DNA of 64,000 nt from an uncultured Bacillota bacterium (GTDB lineage Bacteria > Sysuimicrobiota > Sysuimicrobiia > Sysuimicrobiales > Segetimicrobiaceae). The stretch spans positions 896,001 to 960,000 of the forward strand of contig CAWDRG010000009.1 in assembly GCA_963804645.1 (NCBI GenBank), read 5' to 3'. The notes under the pieces are model-generated. The model did not search any database, was not told the DNA's origin, and worked only from the letters and a program-made list of their open reading frames with translations. Every line of letters begins with the position of its first letter. Position 1 is the first letter of the stretch. The position numbers were made by a program, and so were the translations under genes. Below, piece after piece: positions 36,233 through 46,389 of the stretch.

Positions 36233-37174
36233 ATGGCAGATGAACCAGCGAACGGCCCGGCGGAGGCCGCGGAGCGAACGCTTGCATTTCTGCGCCACGT
36301 CCAGGGCGGGGGGACCGTCGAGGCGACCGAGTGGATGCCCGACGAGTACCGCCAGCGGCTGATCCGGTTCATCGAGGCGCACGCCAACAGCGAGGTCATG
36401 GGCGCGCTGCCCGAGCGCGAGTGGATCCCGCGGGCGCCGTCCCTCAAGCGCAAGCTCGGCCTGACCGCGAAGGTGCAGGACGAGGTCGGCCACGGTCAAC
36501 TCCTCTACCGGATCGTCGAGGATCTCGGCAAGCCGCGCGAGCAGATGCTTCAGGATCTCATCGCCGGCCGGACGAAGTACCATAACGTCTTCCATTACCC
36601 CACGAAATCCTGGGCCGACGTCGGGGTGATCGCCTGGCTCGTTGACGGCGCCGCCGTGATCAGCCAGGGCGCACTGGTGAAGACCTCGTACGCGCCCTAC
36701 GGGCGCATCATGAAGCGCATCTGCTGGGAAGAGGCGTTTCACCTCAAGCACGGGGAGGATATCTGCCTCACGCTCGCCGCCGGGACGCCGACCCAGCGCG
36801 ACATGCTGCAGGAAGCGCTCACGCGTTGGTGGCCGCCCGTGATGATGTTCCACGGGCCTCCGACCCCGCCCGAGACGGATCCGGACCTCCGCTGGCGCAT
36901 TAAGCCCAAGCCTAACGACGTGCTGCGCCAGGAGTTCCTCGATCATTACGTGCCTCGCATCCGCGAACTCGGACTGGTGCTGCCCGACCCGCGGCTGCGC
37001 AAGGACGCCGAGACCGGCCGGTGGCTCTACACGGAGCCGGATTGGGCCGAGCTGCGGGAGATTGTCCGCGGGAACGGGCCCGCGAGCCGCGTCCGGCTTT
37101 CCTTCCGCCGCCTCAGTTACGAGGAGGGCGCCTGGGTGCGGGATGCGATCCTCGGCCGCGGTGCCGCGGCCTAG
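36233..37174 (+). CDS. paaA: Phenylacetyl-CoA epoxidase subunit A
   Basis: WMPDEYR, HANSE, RAPSLKRK, AKVQDEVGHG, WLVDGAA and EEAFH. Confidence 0.96.
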   Translation: MADEPANGPAEAAERTLAFLRHVQGGGTVEATEWMPDEYRQRLIRFIEAHANSEVMGALPEREWIPRAPSLKRKLGLTAKVQDEVGHGQLLYRIVEDLGKPREQMLQDLIAGRTKYHNVFHYPTKSWADVGVIAWLVDGAAVISQGALVKTSYAPYGRIMKRICWEEAFHLKHGEDICLTLAAGTPTQRDMLQEALTRWWPPVMMFHGPPTPPETDPDLRWRIKPKPNDVLRQEFLDHYVPRIRELGLVLPDPRLRKDAETGRWLYTEPDWAELREIVRGNGPASRVRLSFRRLSYEEGAWVRDAILGRGAAA

Positions 37175-37186
37175 CAGAGACCTCAC

Positions 37187-37495
37187 ATGAGCGAGCACAC
37201 GCTGCGCGTGTTCGAGGTGTTCAGGCAGGAAGCGCCGTCCGACGCCATGACCCACGAGGGCAGCGTGGTCGCCGCCGACATGGACCTCGCCTGCCAGTAC
37301 GCCCTCAGTGCGTTTTCACGCCGTGCCGAAGCGCACCGCCTGTGGGTGGTGCCCCGAGAGGCGATCCGCCAGATCGACGATCCTGATCTACTGCGGCCCC
37401 CGGGCGATCACCGCTACCGCTTGGCGCGCACGTACCGGGGCACGATCGAGAAGCGCCGCCGGCTGCGCGCGCGGCTGCTGGGGGAAGCGCCGTGA
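37187..37495 (+). CDS. paaB: Phenylacetyl-CoA epoxidase subunit B
   Basis: FEVFRQ, HEGSVVAAD, FSRRAE and LWVVP; lies between paaA and paaC. Confidence 0.9.
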   Translation: MSEHTLRVFEVFRQEAPSDAMTHEGSVVAADMDLACQYALSAFSRRAEAHRLWVVPREAIRQIDDPDLLRPPGDHRYRLARTYRGTIEKRRRLRARLLGEAP

Positions 37496-38316
37496 GGCCG
37501 GCCGCGCGCGACGCGCTCGCCCACGCGCTGCTCGCGACCGCAGACGACGAGCTCGTGCTCGGCTACCGCGACACGGAGTGGACGGGTGCGGCGCCCGTCC
37601 TCGAGGAGGACGTCGCCTTCAGCTCGATCGGGCAGGACGAGGTCGGGCACGCTCGGCTCTTCTACGCGCTCCTGCACGAGCTGACAGGGGTGCCGCTGGA
37701 CTACCGGGCGCGGCGGGCGGACGAGTATCGGCACGCCTGTTTTCTCGAGACGCAGACGGCGCCGCGCTACAGCCCCGACGGCAGCCACCGCGGCGGGAGC
37801 GACTGGGCGTACGCCATCGTCCGCCAGTACCTGTACGATCTATTCGACGCGGAGCGTCTGGCGGCGCTGCGCGCCTCGGCCTGGGACCCGCTCGCCCAGG
37901 CCGTCGACAAAGTCCAGCGCGAGGAGAAATACCATCTCCAGCACGGCCGGATGTGGCTCGAGCGTCTCGCGGGGGGCGACCAGGTCGCCCGCGGCCGGCT
38001 CGAGGCGGCGCTGGCCAGGGCATGGCCGCATGCCCTCGCGCTGTTCGAGCCGACCGAAGGGGACGATGTGTTGCTGGCGGACCGGCTCATACCCGTCGGC
38101 TCGTCGGAACTGCGGGACCGCTGGCTGGAGCGCCTGCGGCCGTCTTTTTCAGCACATCATCTGGCGTTGCCGGCCGAACGCGGCCGCTCGGGCGGCTGGA
38201 CGGTTACCGTCGCCGCGTCGGCGGGGGGCCGCGGCGGCCGGCATACGCCGGACTGGACGGATCTATGGAACGAGATGACGAGCGTGTACCGGTTGGATCC
38301 GGCGGCCATATGGTGA
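37492..38316 (+). CDS. paaC: Phenylacetyl-CoA epoxidase subunit C
   Basis: ADDELVLGYR, EWTGAAPVLEEDVA, DEVGHAR, EEKYH and GRHT...EM. Confidence 0.94.
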   Translation: MRPAARDALAHALLATADDELVLGYRDTEWTGAAPVLEEDVAFSSIGQDEVGHARLFYALLHELTGVPLDYRARRADEYRHACFLETQTAPRYSPDGSHRGGSDWAYAIVRQYLYDLFDAERLAALRASAWDPLAQAVDKVQREEKYHLQHGRMWLERLAGGDQVARGRLEAALARAWPHALALFEPTEGDDVLLADRLIPVGSSELRDRWLERLRPSFSAHHLALPAERGRSGGWTVTVAASAGGRGGRHTPDWTDLWNEMTSVYRLDPAAIW

Positions 38317-38831
38317 TGGACGAATCTTCGATCGTTCGGGATGCCATCTACGGGCGCGACGAGGCGACAGAGCGGGCCGCGTGGGCGGTCCTCTGCGAGA
38401 TCGCGGACCCCGAGCTGCCCACCTTGTCGCTCGTCGATCTCGGCATGATCCGCCGCGTGCGGCTGGATGGAGCCGCCGTGCACGTGGAGTTGATGCCGAC
38501 CTTTCTCGGGTGCCCCGCGCTGGCGATGATGGAGTCGATCATCGAGGAGCGGCTTCGCGCGTTCGGGACCGTCCGCGTCGAGATCGTGCGGGACGAGGCC
38601 TGGACGACCGACCGCATCACGCCGGCCGGACGCGAGAAGCTGCTCGCGGCAGGTCTTGCGCCTCCGCCGCCGGGCGCGCTCGACGACGTGGCGGCGCTCT
38701 CCGGGACGCCGTGCCCCTACTGCGGGTCCGCGGACACGGTGCTGCACAGCCCCTTCGGCCCCACGCCGTGCCGGGCGGTGCACTACTGCCGCGCGTGCCG
38801 CCAGCCGTTCGAACAGTTCAAGCCGGTCTGA
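38310..38831 (+). CDS. paaD: Phenylacetyl-CoA epoxidase maturation subunit (SufT/DUF59 + Zn finger)
   Basis: DPELPTLSLVDLG, PTFLGCPA, WTTDRI, CPYCGS, FGPTPC and CRQPFEQFK. Confidence 0.93.
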   Translation: MVMDESSIVRDAIYGRDEATERAAWAVLCEIADPELPTLSLVDLGMIRRVRLDGAAVHVELMPTFLGCPALAMMESIIEERLRAFGTVRVEIVRDEAWTTDRITPAGREKLLAAGLAPPPPGALDDVAALSGTPCPYCGSADTVLHSPFGPTPCRAVHYCRACRQPFEQFKPV

Positions 38832-39012
38832 AGCGCCGCCTCACGGCATCCACGGTCTCGGTCGCGTCGCACACCGTGCGGCGAGTACCCGTCGCGATCG
38901 GCTCCCCTCGGGGTGTCGGGGTGCGTTCGCAGCCGGGCCCCATACGCACGCGGTGGGGGGATCCCCGTATAATATCTCTCGTAGAAGACTCATGCTGTTC
39001 GACCGAGAGGCG

Positions 39013-39420
39013 ATGATGCGCGCGAAACTCGATCACGTTGGCATTGCGGTTCGGAATCTGGAGGACGCCGTCCGGTGCTACGGTCGGTTCGGGCTGCGGC
39101 CGTCGCGCGACGTGTCGGTCGAAGGCCTCCGCATCGCCTTTCTTCCTGCGGGAGAGAGCCAGCTCGAACTGCTGGAGCCGACCGGTCCCGACACGGTGGT
39201 GGGCAAATTCATCGAACGGCGCGGCGAAGGGCTGCACCATCTGTGCTTCGAGGTGAGCGACCTTGCGGCCGCGCTGGCGGAGTTGAGCCGCGAGGGCGTC
39301 GAGTTGGTCGATCGATCGCCTCGAGCGGGCGTCGACGGGAAAGTGGCCTTCATCCACCCGCGCTCGTGCGGCGGCGTGCTGATCGAACTGGTGGAGAAGC
39401 CCTCCGGGACGGGCTCGTGA
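39013..39420 (+). CDS. mce: Methylmalonyl-CoA epimerase (VOC family)
   Basis: LDHVGIAV, LELLEP, GEGLHHLCFEV and AFIHPRSCGGVLIELVE; TATAAT at 38968-38973 upstream. Confidence 0.9.
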   Translation: MMRAKLDHVGIAVRNLEDAVRCYGRFGLRPSRDVSVEGLRIAFLPAGESQLELLEPTGPDTVVGKFIERRGEGLHHLCFEVSDLAAALAELSREGVELVDRSPRAGVDGKVAFIHPRSCGGVLIELVEKPSGTGS

Positions 39421-39540
39421 TCCCGCGCGCGGCGGCGCCCCGCCCGGGGCAGGCGTTGCCGCGCCGGTGATGGAATACCCGCGTGACATCCGGTCGGGAG
39501 CACGGGTCCGCGGGCATGTCGTGAAGACCGTGAGGCGGTC

Positions 39541-40053
39541 GTGCCGGTTTCCGTCAAGCACTCTCAGTTGATCTACGATGCGCTCAAGGCGTGCGGCGTG
39601 ACCCTGGTCTCGGCGCTCCCGGAGACATGGCTCGTCCATCTCATTCGGATGGCGGAAGACGACCCGGAGATGACGCTCGTGCGCCTCGCCAAAGAGGAGG
39701 AGGGGGTCGGCATCTCCGCGGGCGCCCACCTCGCGGGCGCGAAGTCGGCGATGCTCATGCAGAACCACGGCTTTCTGGCCAGCGTGAACGGCATCGTCTC
39801 GCTGGCGCGCCTCTACCGGATTCCGCTCCTGATGCTGATCAGCTATCGCGGCGAGTTCGGCGAGCGCGATCCGTGGCAGACCGAGGGGGGCGGAACGACC
39901 GAGCCGCTGCTGCAGGCGCTCGACATTCCGTACGATCGGCTGGACGATCCCGGCCACGTCGCGCACCGGATTCGGAAGGCCCAAACGCTGGCCGAGTCGT
40001 CGCTCAAACCGGTCGCGCTGCTGCTCTGCCGGGACCTGATGTGGGAAGAATGA
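39541..40053 (+). CDS. comD: Sulfopyruvate/phosphonopyruvate decarboxylase alpha-like subunit (ThDP PYR domain)
   Basis: KEEEGVGISAGAHLAG, MLMQNHG and IPLLMLISYRG. Confidence 0.8.
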   Translation: MPVSVKHSQLIYDALKACGVTLVSALPETWLVHLIRMAEDDPEMTLVRLAKEEEGVGISAGAHLAGAKSAMLMQNHGFLASVNGIVSLARLYRIPLLMLISYRGEFGERDPWQTEGGGTTEPLLQALDIPYDRLDDPGHVAHRIRKAQTLAESSLKPVALLLCRDLMWEE

Positions 40054-40090
40054 CGGTCCGCCGCGGCGCCGCGCCTTCCCCGGAGCACTG

Positions 40091-40669
40091 ATGCTTCGCA
40101 TCGAGGCCCTGCGGGCCGTCTATCCCCAACTGGAGCGCTGCGTCGTCGTGACGATCATGGGCGCCGTCTCGGCCGAGCTGCAGTCGATCGGGCACCGTCC
40201 CGGATTCTTCTACCTGCAGCACGCGATGGGGCTCGCGTCCTCGATGGGCCTCGGCATCGCGCTCACCCGTCCGGAACTCCCCGTGGTGGTGCTCGACGGA
40301 GACGGCTCCGTGCTCATGAACCTCGGCGGCCTGACCACGATGGCCCGCTACCGGCCGGGCAATCTGCTGCACGTGGTGTTCGATAACGAGAGCCTGCTGT
40401 CGGTCGGCGGGTTTCCGACGGCGACGTCGACCGGCAGCGACATCGCCGGGATGGCCGCCGCCGCCGGCATCCCGCGCACGGCGGAAGTCCGCACGATCGA
40501 CCAGTTCACCGCGGCGTTCGACGAGGCGCTGGGGGCCGGCGTGCTGACGACCCTGGTGGCGAAAGTAGAGGCCAAGGGGCCGCCCGTGTTTCTGACCGAC
40601 CTTCCCATGCTCGAGAACCGCTTCCAGTTCCAGCGACATCTGCGGAGCGTGCGTCCGAGTACCGGGTGA
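40091..40669 (+). CDS. comE: Sulfopyruvate/phosphonopyruvate decarboxylase beta-like subunit (ThDP PP domain)
   Basis: MGLASSMGLG and the ThDP motif DGDGSVLMNLG...FDNE. Confidence 0.8.
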   Translation: MLRIEALRAVYPQLERCVVVTIMGAVSAELQSIGHRPGFFYLQHAMGLASSMGLGIALTRPELPVVVLDGDGSVLMNLGGLTTMARYRPGNLLHVVFDNESLLSVGGFPTATSTGSDIAGMAAAAGIPRTAEVRTIDQFTAAFDEALGAGVLTTLVAKVEAKGPPVFLTDLPMLENRFQFQRHLRSVRPSTG

Positions 40670-40760
40670 CCGCGGGCGCCCGGACCGGGGCCGGACCGAA
40701 CGTGAGGGGCCGCCCGGATCCGGCACGGCGCCCACGACATGCGCGGAGAGGATGAGGGCG

Positions 40761-41540
40761 ATGGCGAGCGTGTTGGAACAGCTGGTCGAGGAGCTTCGGT
40801 CGGGCCGGATCCAGGTGGTCGATCTGACGCAGCCGCTTGAGGCGGACACGCCGGTCATCGGGCTGCCGCCCATCTTTGCTCCGTCGCCGGGCTTCTCTAT
40901 GGACGTGATCTCGCGCTACGACAAGGCGGGCCCGGCGTGGTACTGGAACACCCTGCACCTCGGCGAGCATACCGGCACCCACTTTGACGCGCCGATCCAC
41001 TGGGTGACTGGGAAAGACCTTCCCAACAACGCCTGCGACACGATTCCGGCCCATCGCTTCGTCGGGCCCGCCGCGGTGATCGACGCCACGGCGGAGGTCG
41101 AGCGGAACCAAGATTTTCTGCTGATGCCGGACCACGTCGCCGCGTGGGAGGCGCGTCACGGGCGCATTCCCCCGGCCTCGTGGGTCCTGCTGCGCACCGG
41201 GTGGAGCTACCGGCGCGACCCCAAGGAGTTTCTCAACGTGCAGCAAGACGGTCCGCACACGCCCGGGTTTCACAAGTCGACCTCCGAGCTCCTAGCCGGC
41301 GACCGGGGCGTCCTCGGGGTGGGCGTGGAGACCGTTGGGACCGACGCGGGACAGGCCGGCACGTTCGATCCGCCCTTTCCGAACCACACCATCATGCACG
41401 GCGCCGGGAAGTTTGGGCTGACGAGCCTGTGCAATCTCGATCGGCTTCCGCCGACCGGCGCGGTCGTGATCGCGGCGCCGCTGAGGATCGTGGATGGAAG
41501 CGGCAGCCCCGTGAGAGTGCTGGCTCTCGTCCCGGCCTGA
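40761..41540 (+). CDS. Cyclase family metal-dependent amidohydrolase (kynurenine formamidase/isatin hydrolase-like)
   Basis: GEHTGTHFDAPIH (HxGTHxDxPxH), LLRTGW and GSGSPVR. Confidence 0.92.
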   Translation: MASVLEQLVEELRSGRIQVVDLTQPLEADTPVIGLPPIFAPSPGFSMDVISRYDKAGPAWYWNTLHLGEHTGTHFDAPIHWVTGKDLPNNACDTIPAHRFVGPAAVIDATAEVERNQDFLLMPDHVAAWEARHGRIPPASWVLLRTGWSYRRDPKEFLNVQQDGPHTPGFHKSTSELLAGDRGVLGVGVETVGTDAGQAGTFDPPFPNHTIMHGAGKFGLTSLCNLDRLPPTGAVVIAAPLRIVDGSGSPVRVLALVPA

Positions 41541-41692
41541 GCGGCGCGGCCGGTCACCGCATATCCACCTGGGATCGGAGTGGTACGGCGCGCCCCGGAG
41601 CAGGACGCCGTGGAGACGAGCGCGTAGGACTTTCCCGTAGGTCTTCGGCCGGCCCGCGCGCTTCGGCGGGACGCGCCGCGAGGAGGATGGTG

Positions 41693-42814
41693 ATGAGCGA
41701 CAGCACGCTCCGCGTTGGGGTCCTCGGCGCCGGAAAATGGGCCGCGTCCGCGCACGTCCCCGGGTGGACGCGCGATCCGCGCGTCAAGGTCGTCGTGATC
41801 TGCGACGTCGAGCAGGACAGGGCGAAAGAGGTCGCGGGCCGCTTCGGGATCCCCGAGACGACCGGCGACTGGGAAGCCGTGGTCTCGCGGCCCGACCTCG
41901 ACGTCATCGACGTCGTGACGCCGTCCCGCACGCATTTCGAGCTGGCCTGGGCCGCGCTCAACGCCGGCAAGCACGTGCTGTGCGAGAAGCCGGTAGCCCG
42001 CGACTTTCGCGACACGCGCCGGGCGGCGGCGCTGGCGCGCGAGCGCGGGCTCAAGACCAAGCTCGGATTTACCTTCCGCTACAGCCCCGGGGTGCGGTAC
42101 GCGTGGGCGATGATGGAGGAGGGCTTCGTCGGCCGGCCGTTCGTGTACAACGGCTACGAGCAGAACTCGCAGTGGCTGGATCCGAAGACCCCGCTCCGTC
42201 AAGTCGACCACACCGCGGACCAGTCGGTGCTGCGGACCTCGTCGCTCGAGGGCTACGGGGCCCCGGTCATCGACATCGGCCACTGGTGGGTCGGCGCCGA
42301 CTACACCCGCGTCGTCGGCACGATGCGCAACTTTATCCCGGAGCGGATGGTGCGCGACACCGGCCGCACCATGCGCATGAACATCGACGATGGGACCATC
42401 TACATCGGCGACTACGCGAACGGCGCCATCGGCACCATCCAGACGAGCTACGTCACGATCGGCAACTACCCCGGCATCGAGGTCCGCCTCTACGGCGAGA
42501 AGGGTGCGATCATCTGCCGGCTGATCGAGGAGTTCGGGGTCGCCGAGACCATCAAGGTCGCGACGCCGGGCGAGGTCGAGTTCAAGGAGCTCGAGATCCC
42601 GAAGCACTTCTACCCGAAGGACGGGCACCCGCGTGAGTCCTGGCGCACGCTCTTCTATGCGAACCTGGTCAAGGACTTCATCGACGAGATCCGCAGCGGG
42701 GACGCGCGCAACCAGGGTAACTTCGACGACGGCGCTTGGGTGCAGGAAGCGATCAACGCCGTCGAGCGCTCGTTCCACGAGCGCCGCTGGGTCGACCTTC
42801 CGCTGGAGTCCTAG
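41693..42814 (+). CDS. Gfo/Idh/MocA family oxidoreductase
   Basis: VGVLGAG Rossmann fold, AGKHVLCEKP and GFTFRYSP; AGGAGG RBS. Confidence 0.92.
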   Translation: MSDSTLRVGVLGAGKWAASAHVPGWTRDPRVKVVVICDVEQDRAKEVAGRFGIPETTGDWEAVVSRPDLDVIDVVTPSRTHFELAWAALNAGKHVLCEKPVARDFRDTRRAAALARERGLKTKLGFTFRYSPGVRYAWAMMEEGFVGRPFVYNGYEQNSQWLDPKTPLRQVDHTADQSVLRTSSLEGYGAPVIDIGHWWVGADYTRVVGTMRNFIPERMVRDTGRTMRMNIDDGTIYIGDYANGAIGTIQTSYVTIGNYPGIEVRLYGEKGAIICRLIEEFGVAETIKVATPGEVEFKELEIPKHFYPKDGHPRESWRTLFYANLVKDFIDEIRSGDARNQGNFDDGAWVQEAINAVERSFHERRWVDLPLES

Positions 42815-42826
42815 CGCGGTGCCGGC

Positions 42827-44524
42827 ATGAGCGGCGGAGCGTCCACCACGCCGGGCGGGACGCCGGGGTTCGACGCCTGGCTCGACGCGTTTTTTGCCTC
42901 GTACTACCGGCACCGTCCGGTGGACGCGACCTTCGTCGGCGTCCACGCGTACGACCACCGCCTGCCCGACCTGTCTCCCGACGGCACGGCCGCGCTCAAG
43001 GCCGAGATGGAGGCGCTGCTCCGGCGGCTCGGAACGCTTCCCTCCGAGCGCCTCAGCGAGGCGCAGACGATCGACCGCCGGCTGGCCGAGGGGTTCCTCC
43101 GCATCCAGCTGTGGGAGAGTGACTCCCACCACTTTCAGCGCGGCAACCCTAGCACGTATACCGGCGAGGCGGTGTTCGGCATCATCAGCCTGCTGCAGCG
43201 GGAGTTCGCGCCGCTCGAAGAGCGGCTCGAATCGGCCGCCGCGCGGATGGAGGCGATTCCCGCGCTGCTCCGCACCGCCACGGCGGCCGTCCGGACGGCG
43301 CCGGCCGCGTGGATCGCGCGCGCGATCCGGGAGTGTGACGGGGCGCTCGCGCTCTTTCCGGCGGGGATCGCGACGCTGCTCGCCGGGCGCGGCGTCGAGC
43401 ACCCGCGCGCCTCGGCGGCCGCCGAGCGCGCCGCCGCCGCCTTCGTTGAGTTCCGCCGGTACCTCGACGTCGACCTCCGCGCCCGCGCGACGGACGCGTA
43501 CGCGTGCGGGGAGGAGCCGTTCGCCCTGCTGCTGCGCTGGGGACACTGCTTGGACGAGGACGCCCGGACGATCGCCGCCTACGCGGACGACCAGATGGCC
43601 GTGTGCGAGGCCGAGCTCGCGGCGCACGCGCGGGAGTTTGGGGCGGCGACGTGGCGGGAGGCGCTCGCGCAGCTGGCGGAGCGCCACCCGACGGTCGACA
43701 CGTACTACCGGCGGTACCAGGAGGTGTGGGACGCGGCGCGCGCCGCCGCCGAGGCGCACCGGCTGGTTACCTGGCCCGACTTCCCGATCCGGTACGTGCC
43801 GCGGCCGCGGTGGGCGCGGCAGGCCGCCCCATTCCTCTATTTCCTGCACTACCGCACCCCCGCGCCCTTCGATAGGGTGCCCGTGCTCGACTACCTCGTC
43901 ACGCCGATCGAACCGGACATGCCGGAGAGCGAGCAGCGCCGGTTGCTGCGCGCGACGAACGACAGCGTGATCAAGACCAATCACGTGGTGCACCACGGGG
44001 GCCTCGGCCACCACATCCAGAACTGGCACGCCCCCCGCGCCGCCTCCCGGATCGGGCAGGTGGCCGCGGTCGACGGCGCCGCCCGCCTCGCGATGTTCTG
44101 CGCGGGGACGATGGCCGAGGGCTGGGCGTGCTACGCGACCGACCTGATGAACGAGATCGGCTTCCTCGATCCGCTCGAGCGGTACGCGCAGCGTTACGCG
44201 CGTCTCCGGATGGCGGCGCGCGCCGTGGTCGACGTCCGGCTGCACAATGGGATCTACACGCTCGACGACGCGATCGCATGCTACCGGGACCGCGTCGGCA
44301 TGTCCCCCGAGGCGTCCAGGGACGAAGCGGTCAAGAACAGCCTGTTCCCCGGCGCGGCGCTGATGTACATGGTCGGCACGGACCTGATCCACGGCCTGCG
44401 CCGCTCGCTGGCCGCGCGGCCGGGGTTTGATCTCCGCGGGTTCCACGACCGGTTCCTGTCGTACGGGTCGGTCCCCGTCGCGCTCGTGCGGGACGCGATG
44501 ATCGGGTCCCGCCCGCTCGGCTGA
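42827..44524 (+). CDS. DUF885 family protein
   Basis: PVDATFVGVHAYDHRLPDLS, GHHIQ, AEGWACYA, VVDVRLH and FDLRGFHDRFLSYGS. Confidence 0.88.
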   Translation: MSGGASTTPGGTPGFDAWLDAFFASYYRHRPVDATFVGVHAYDHRLPDLSPDGTAALKAEMEALLRRLGTLPSERLSEAQTIDRRLAEGFLRIQLWESDSHHFQRGNPSTYTGEAVFGIISLLQREFAPLEERLESAAARMEAIPALLRTATAAVRTAPAAWIARAIRECDGALALFPAGIATLLAGRGVEHPRASAAAERAAAAFVEFRRYLDVDLRARATDAYACGEEPFALLLRWGHCLDEDARTIAAYADDQMAVCEAELAAHAREFGAATWREALAQLAERHPTVDTYYRRYQEVWDAARAAAEAHRLVTWPDFPIRYVPRPRWARQAAPFLYFLHYRTPAPFDRVPVLDYLVTPIEPDMPESEQRRLLRATNDSVIKTNHVVHHGGLGHHIQNWHAPRAASRIGQVAAVDGAARLAMFCAGTMAEGWACYATDLMNEIGFLDPLERYAQRYARLRMAARAVVDVRLHNGIYTLDDAIACYRDRVGMSPEASRDEAVKNSLFPGAALMYMVGTDLIHGLRRSLAARPGFDLRGFHDRFLSYGSVPVALVRDAMIGSRPLG

Positions 44525-44643
44525 CGGGCCGGACGCGGGCGCTGCGAGAGGAGAAGCCTCTCGCCGCACCGTAAACAGGCCGCGTGACCGAGCGGCCGGC
44601 GGCGCTCTTGCAGCGGCTGTCCGGCGCCACAGGAGGGATGCCT

Positions 44644-46284
44644 ATGGGACATCAGGGGCAGGGCACCAGCGGACGGTTCGGGCGGCGGCGATTTCTCGCC
44701 GCGGCCGGTGCATCGGCGGGCGCACTCACGCTGGGATGGGCCGGAGCCCCGCGCCGGGCGGCGGCCGCTCCGACGCGGGGCGGGACGCTGTCCTACGGGT
44801 TGGGGTTCGATCTCGACGGCACGATGGACCCGCACGTCACGAACTTCGATTCGACGATCCGCGTGACCCAAAACATCTGCGAGCCGCTCGTCTGGGAGCC
44901 GAACCCGGGACACTTCGTGCCGGCGCTCGCCGAGTCGTGGACGATCTCCTCCGACGTGAAGACGTACACGTTCAAGCTGAAGAAGGGCGTCAAGTTCAGC
45001 GACGGCACGCCGTTCAACGCCGCGGCGGTGAAGTTCACGATGGACCGGATCGCCGATCCGGCCACGAAGGCGGGCCAGTCCCACGACCAGCTGGGGCCGT
45101 ACGACCACACCGAGATCGTCGACGACTCCACGGTCAAGCTGGTGTTCAAGGAAGGCTACGCCGCGCTGATGACCAACCTGAACGGCTACATCGGGATCGT
45201 GTCGCCGGCGGCCGTTCGCCAGATGGGCGCCGACTTCGCCCGCCATCCGGTCGGCACCGGCCCGTTCCTGTTCAAGGAGTGGGTGACGAACGACCACATC
45301 ACGCTCGTGCGGAATCCGGACTACAACTGGGGCTCGTCGTACTTCACGAACCGCGGGCCGGCGTATCTGGACTCGGTCGTGTTCAAGATCATTCCCGACC
45401 CGTCCGTCCGGACCGGGACGCTGACGAGCGGGGAGACCCAGTACATCGACGGCATCGATCCGCTCCAGTACGGGTCGCTGCTTCGGGACCGGCGCTTCTC
45501 GGTGGTGCGCAAGGGCAACCCCGGGTCGGGGCGGCTCGTCCTGCTCAACATGACGAGCAAGGGCCCCATCTCCGACGTCGCGGTGCGCCACGCGATCCAG
45601 TTCGGCGTCGACCGCGAGGGGTTCAATCAATCGGTGTTTCATGGCCTGATGGTCGTCTCCGGGAGCCCCCTCATGAAGCCCACGTTCGCGTACGATCCGG
45701 CGTCCGCGCAGCTCTACCCCTACAACCCGACGAAAGCTAAGGCCCTGCTCGAAGAGGCCGGGTGGAAGGTCGGCGGCGACGGGACTCGGACGAAGGGGGG
45801 CCTGCGGCTGACCCTTGACTTCCCGATCATCGGGCGGGCTCAGGACAAGGCGATGGCGGAGTCGTTCCAGGCCAGCCTGGTCGACATCGGGATGGACGTG
45901 CGGGTGACGCCGCTCGAGATCGGCGCGTTCAGGGCGCGGGTCGCCCAGAATACCTACGACGCGAACTTCATGTGGCTCGAGTACGGCGACCCCGACGTGC
46001 TGACCGCGATATTTCACACCCAGAATCCCGGGCCGGGGTTCAACCGCGGGCGGTACAGCGTGCCGGAGGTGGACCGCTGGCTCGAGCAGGCGGGCGCCAC
46101 GAACGACGCGCCCACGCGGATCAAGCTGTACGCCCAGATTCAGCAGCGCGTGCTGAACGACGGCGCCGTCGTGCCGCTCATCGACACGATCACGTACAAC
46201 GCGAAGCGGGTCGAGGTGCACGGCGAGGTCATGGACGCGCTGGCCGATTACGTGTATCTGAACGACGTGTACGTGGCGAAGTAG
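44644..46284 (+). CDS. ABC substrate-binding protein family 5, Tat signal
   Basis: GRRRFL; PALAESWTIS, FKLKKGVKFSDGTPFNAAAV and PVGTGPF. Confidence 0.94.
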   Translation: MGHQGQGTSGRFGRRRFLAAAGASAGALTLGWAGAPRRAAAAPTRGGTLSYGLGFDLDGTMDPHVTNFDSTIRVTQNICEPLVWEPNPGHFVPALAESWTISSDVKTYTFKLKKGVKFSDGTPFNAAAVKFTMDRIADPATKAGQSHDQLGPYDHTEIVDDSTVKLVFKEGYAALMTNLNGYIGIVSPAAVRQMGADFARHPVGTGPFLFKEWVTNDHITLVRNPDYNWGSSYFTNRGPAYLDSVVFKIIPDPSVRTGTLTSGETQYIDGIDPLQYGSLLRDRRFSVVRKGNPGSGRLVLLNMTSKGPISDVAVRHAIQFGVDREGFNQSVFHGLMVVSGSPLMKPTFAYDPASAQLYPYNPTKAKALLEEAGWKVGGDGTRTKGGLRLTLDFPIIGRAQDKAMAESFQASLVDIGMDVRVTPLEIGAFRARVAQNTYDANFMWLEYGDPDVLTAIFHTQNPGPGFNRGRYSVPEVDRWLEQAGATNDAPTRIKLYAQIQQRVLNDGAVVPLIDTITYNAKRVEVHGEVMDALADYVYLNDVYVAK

Positions 46285-46389
46285 CGCCGCGAACACCCCG
46301 TGCGCGAAGCCCCGTCCGGCGCGGCGCGGTCCCGCCGGCGGGGCTCGAGGACGGGCTGACCGCCGCGGCAGCCGACTGAGCCGGCGCCC

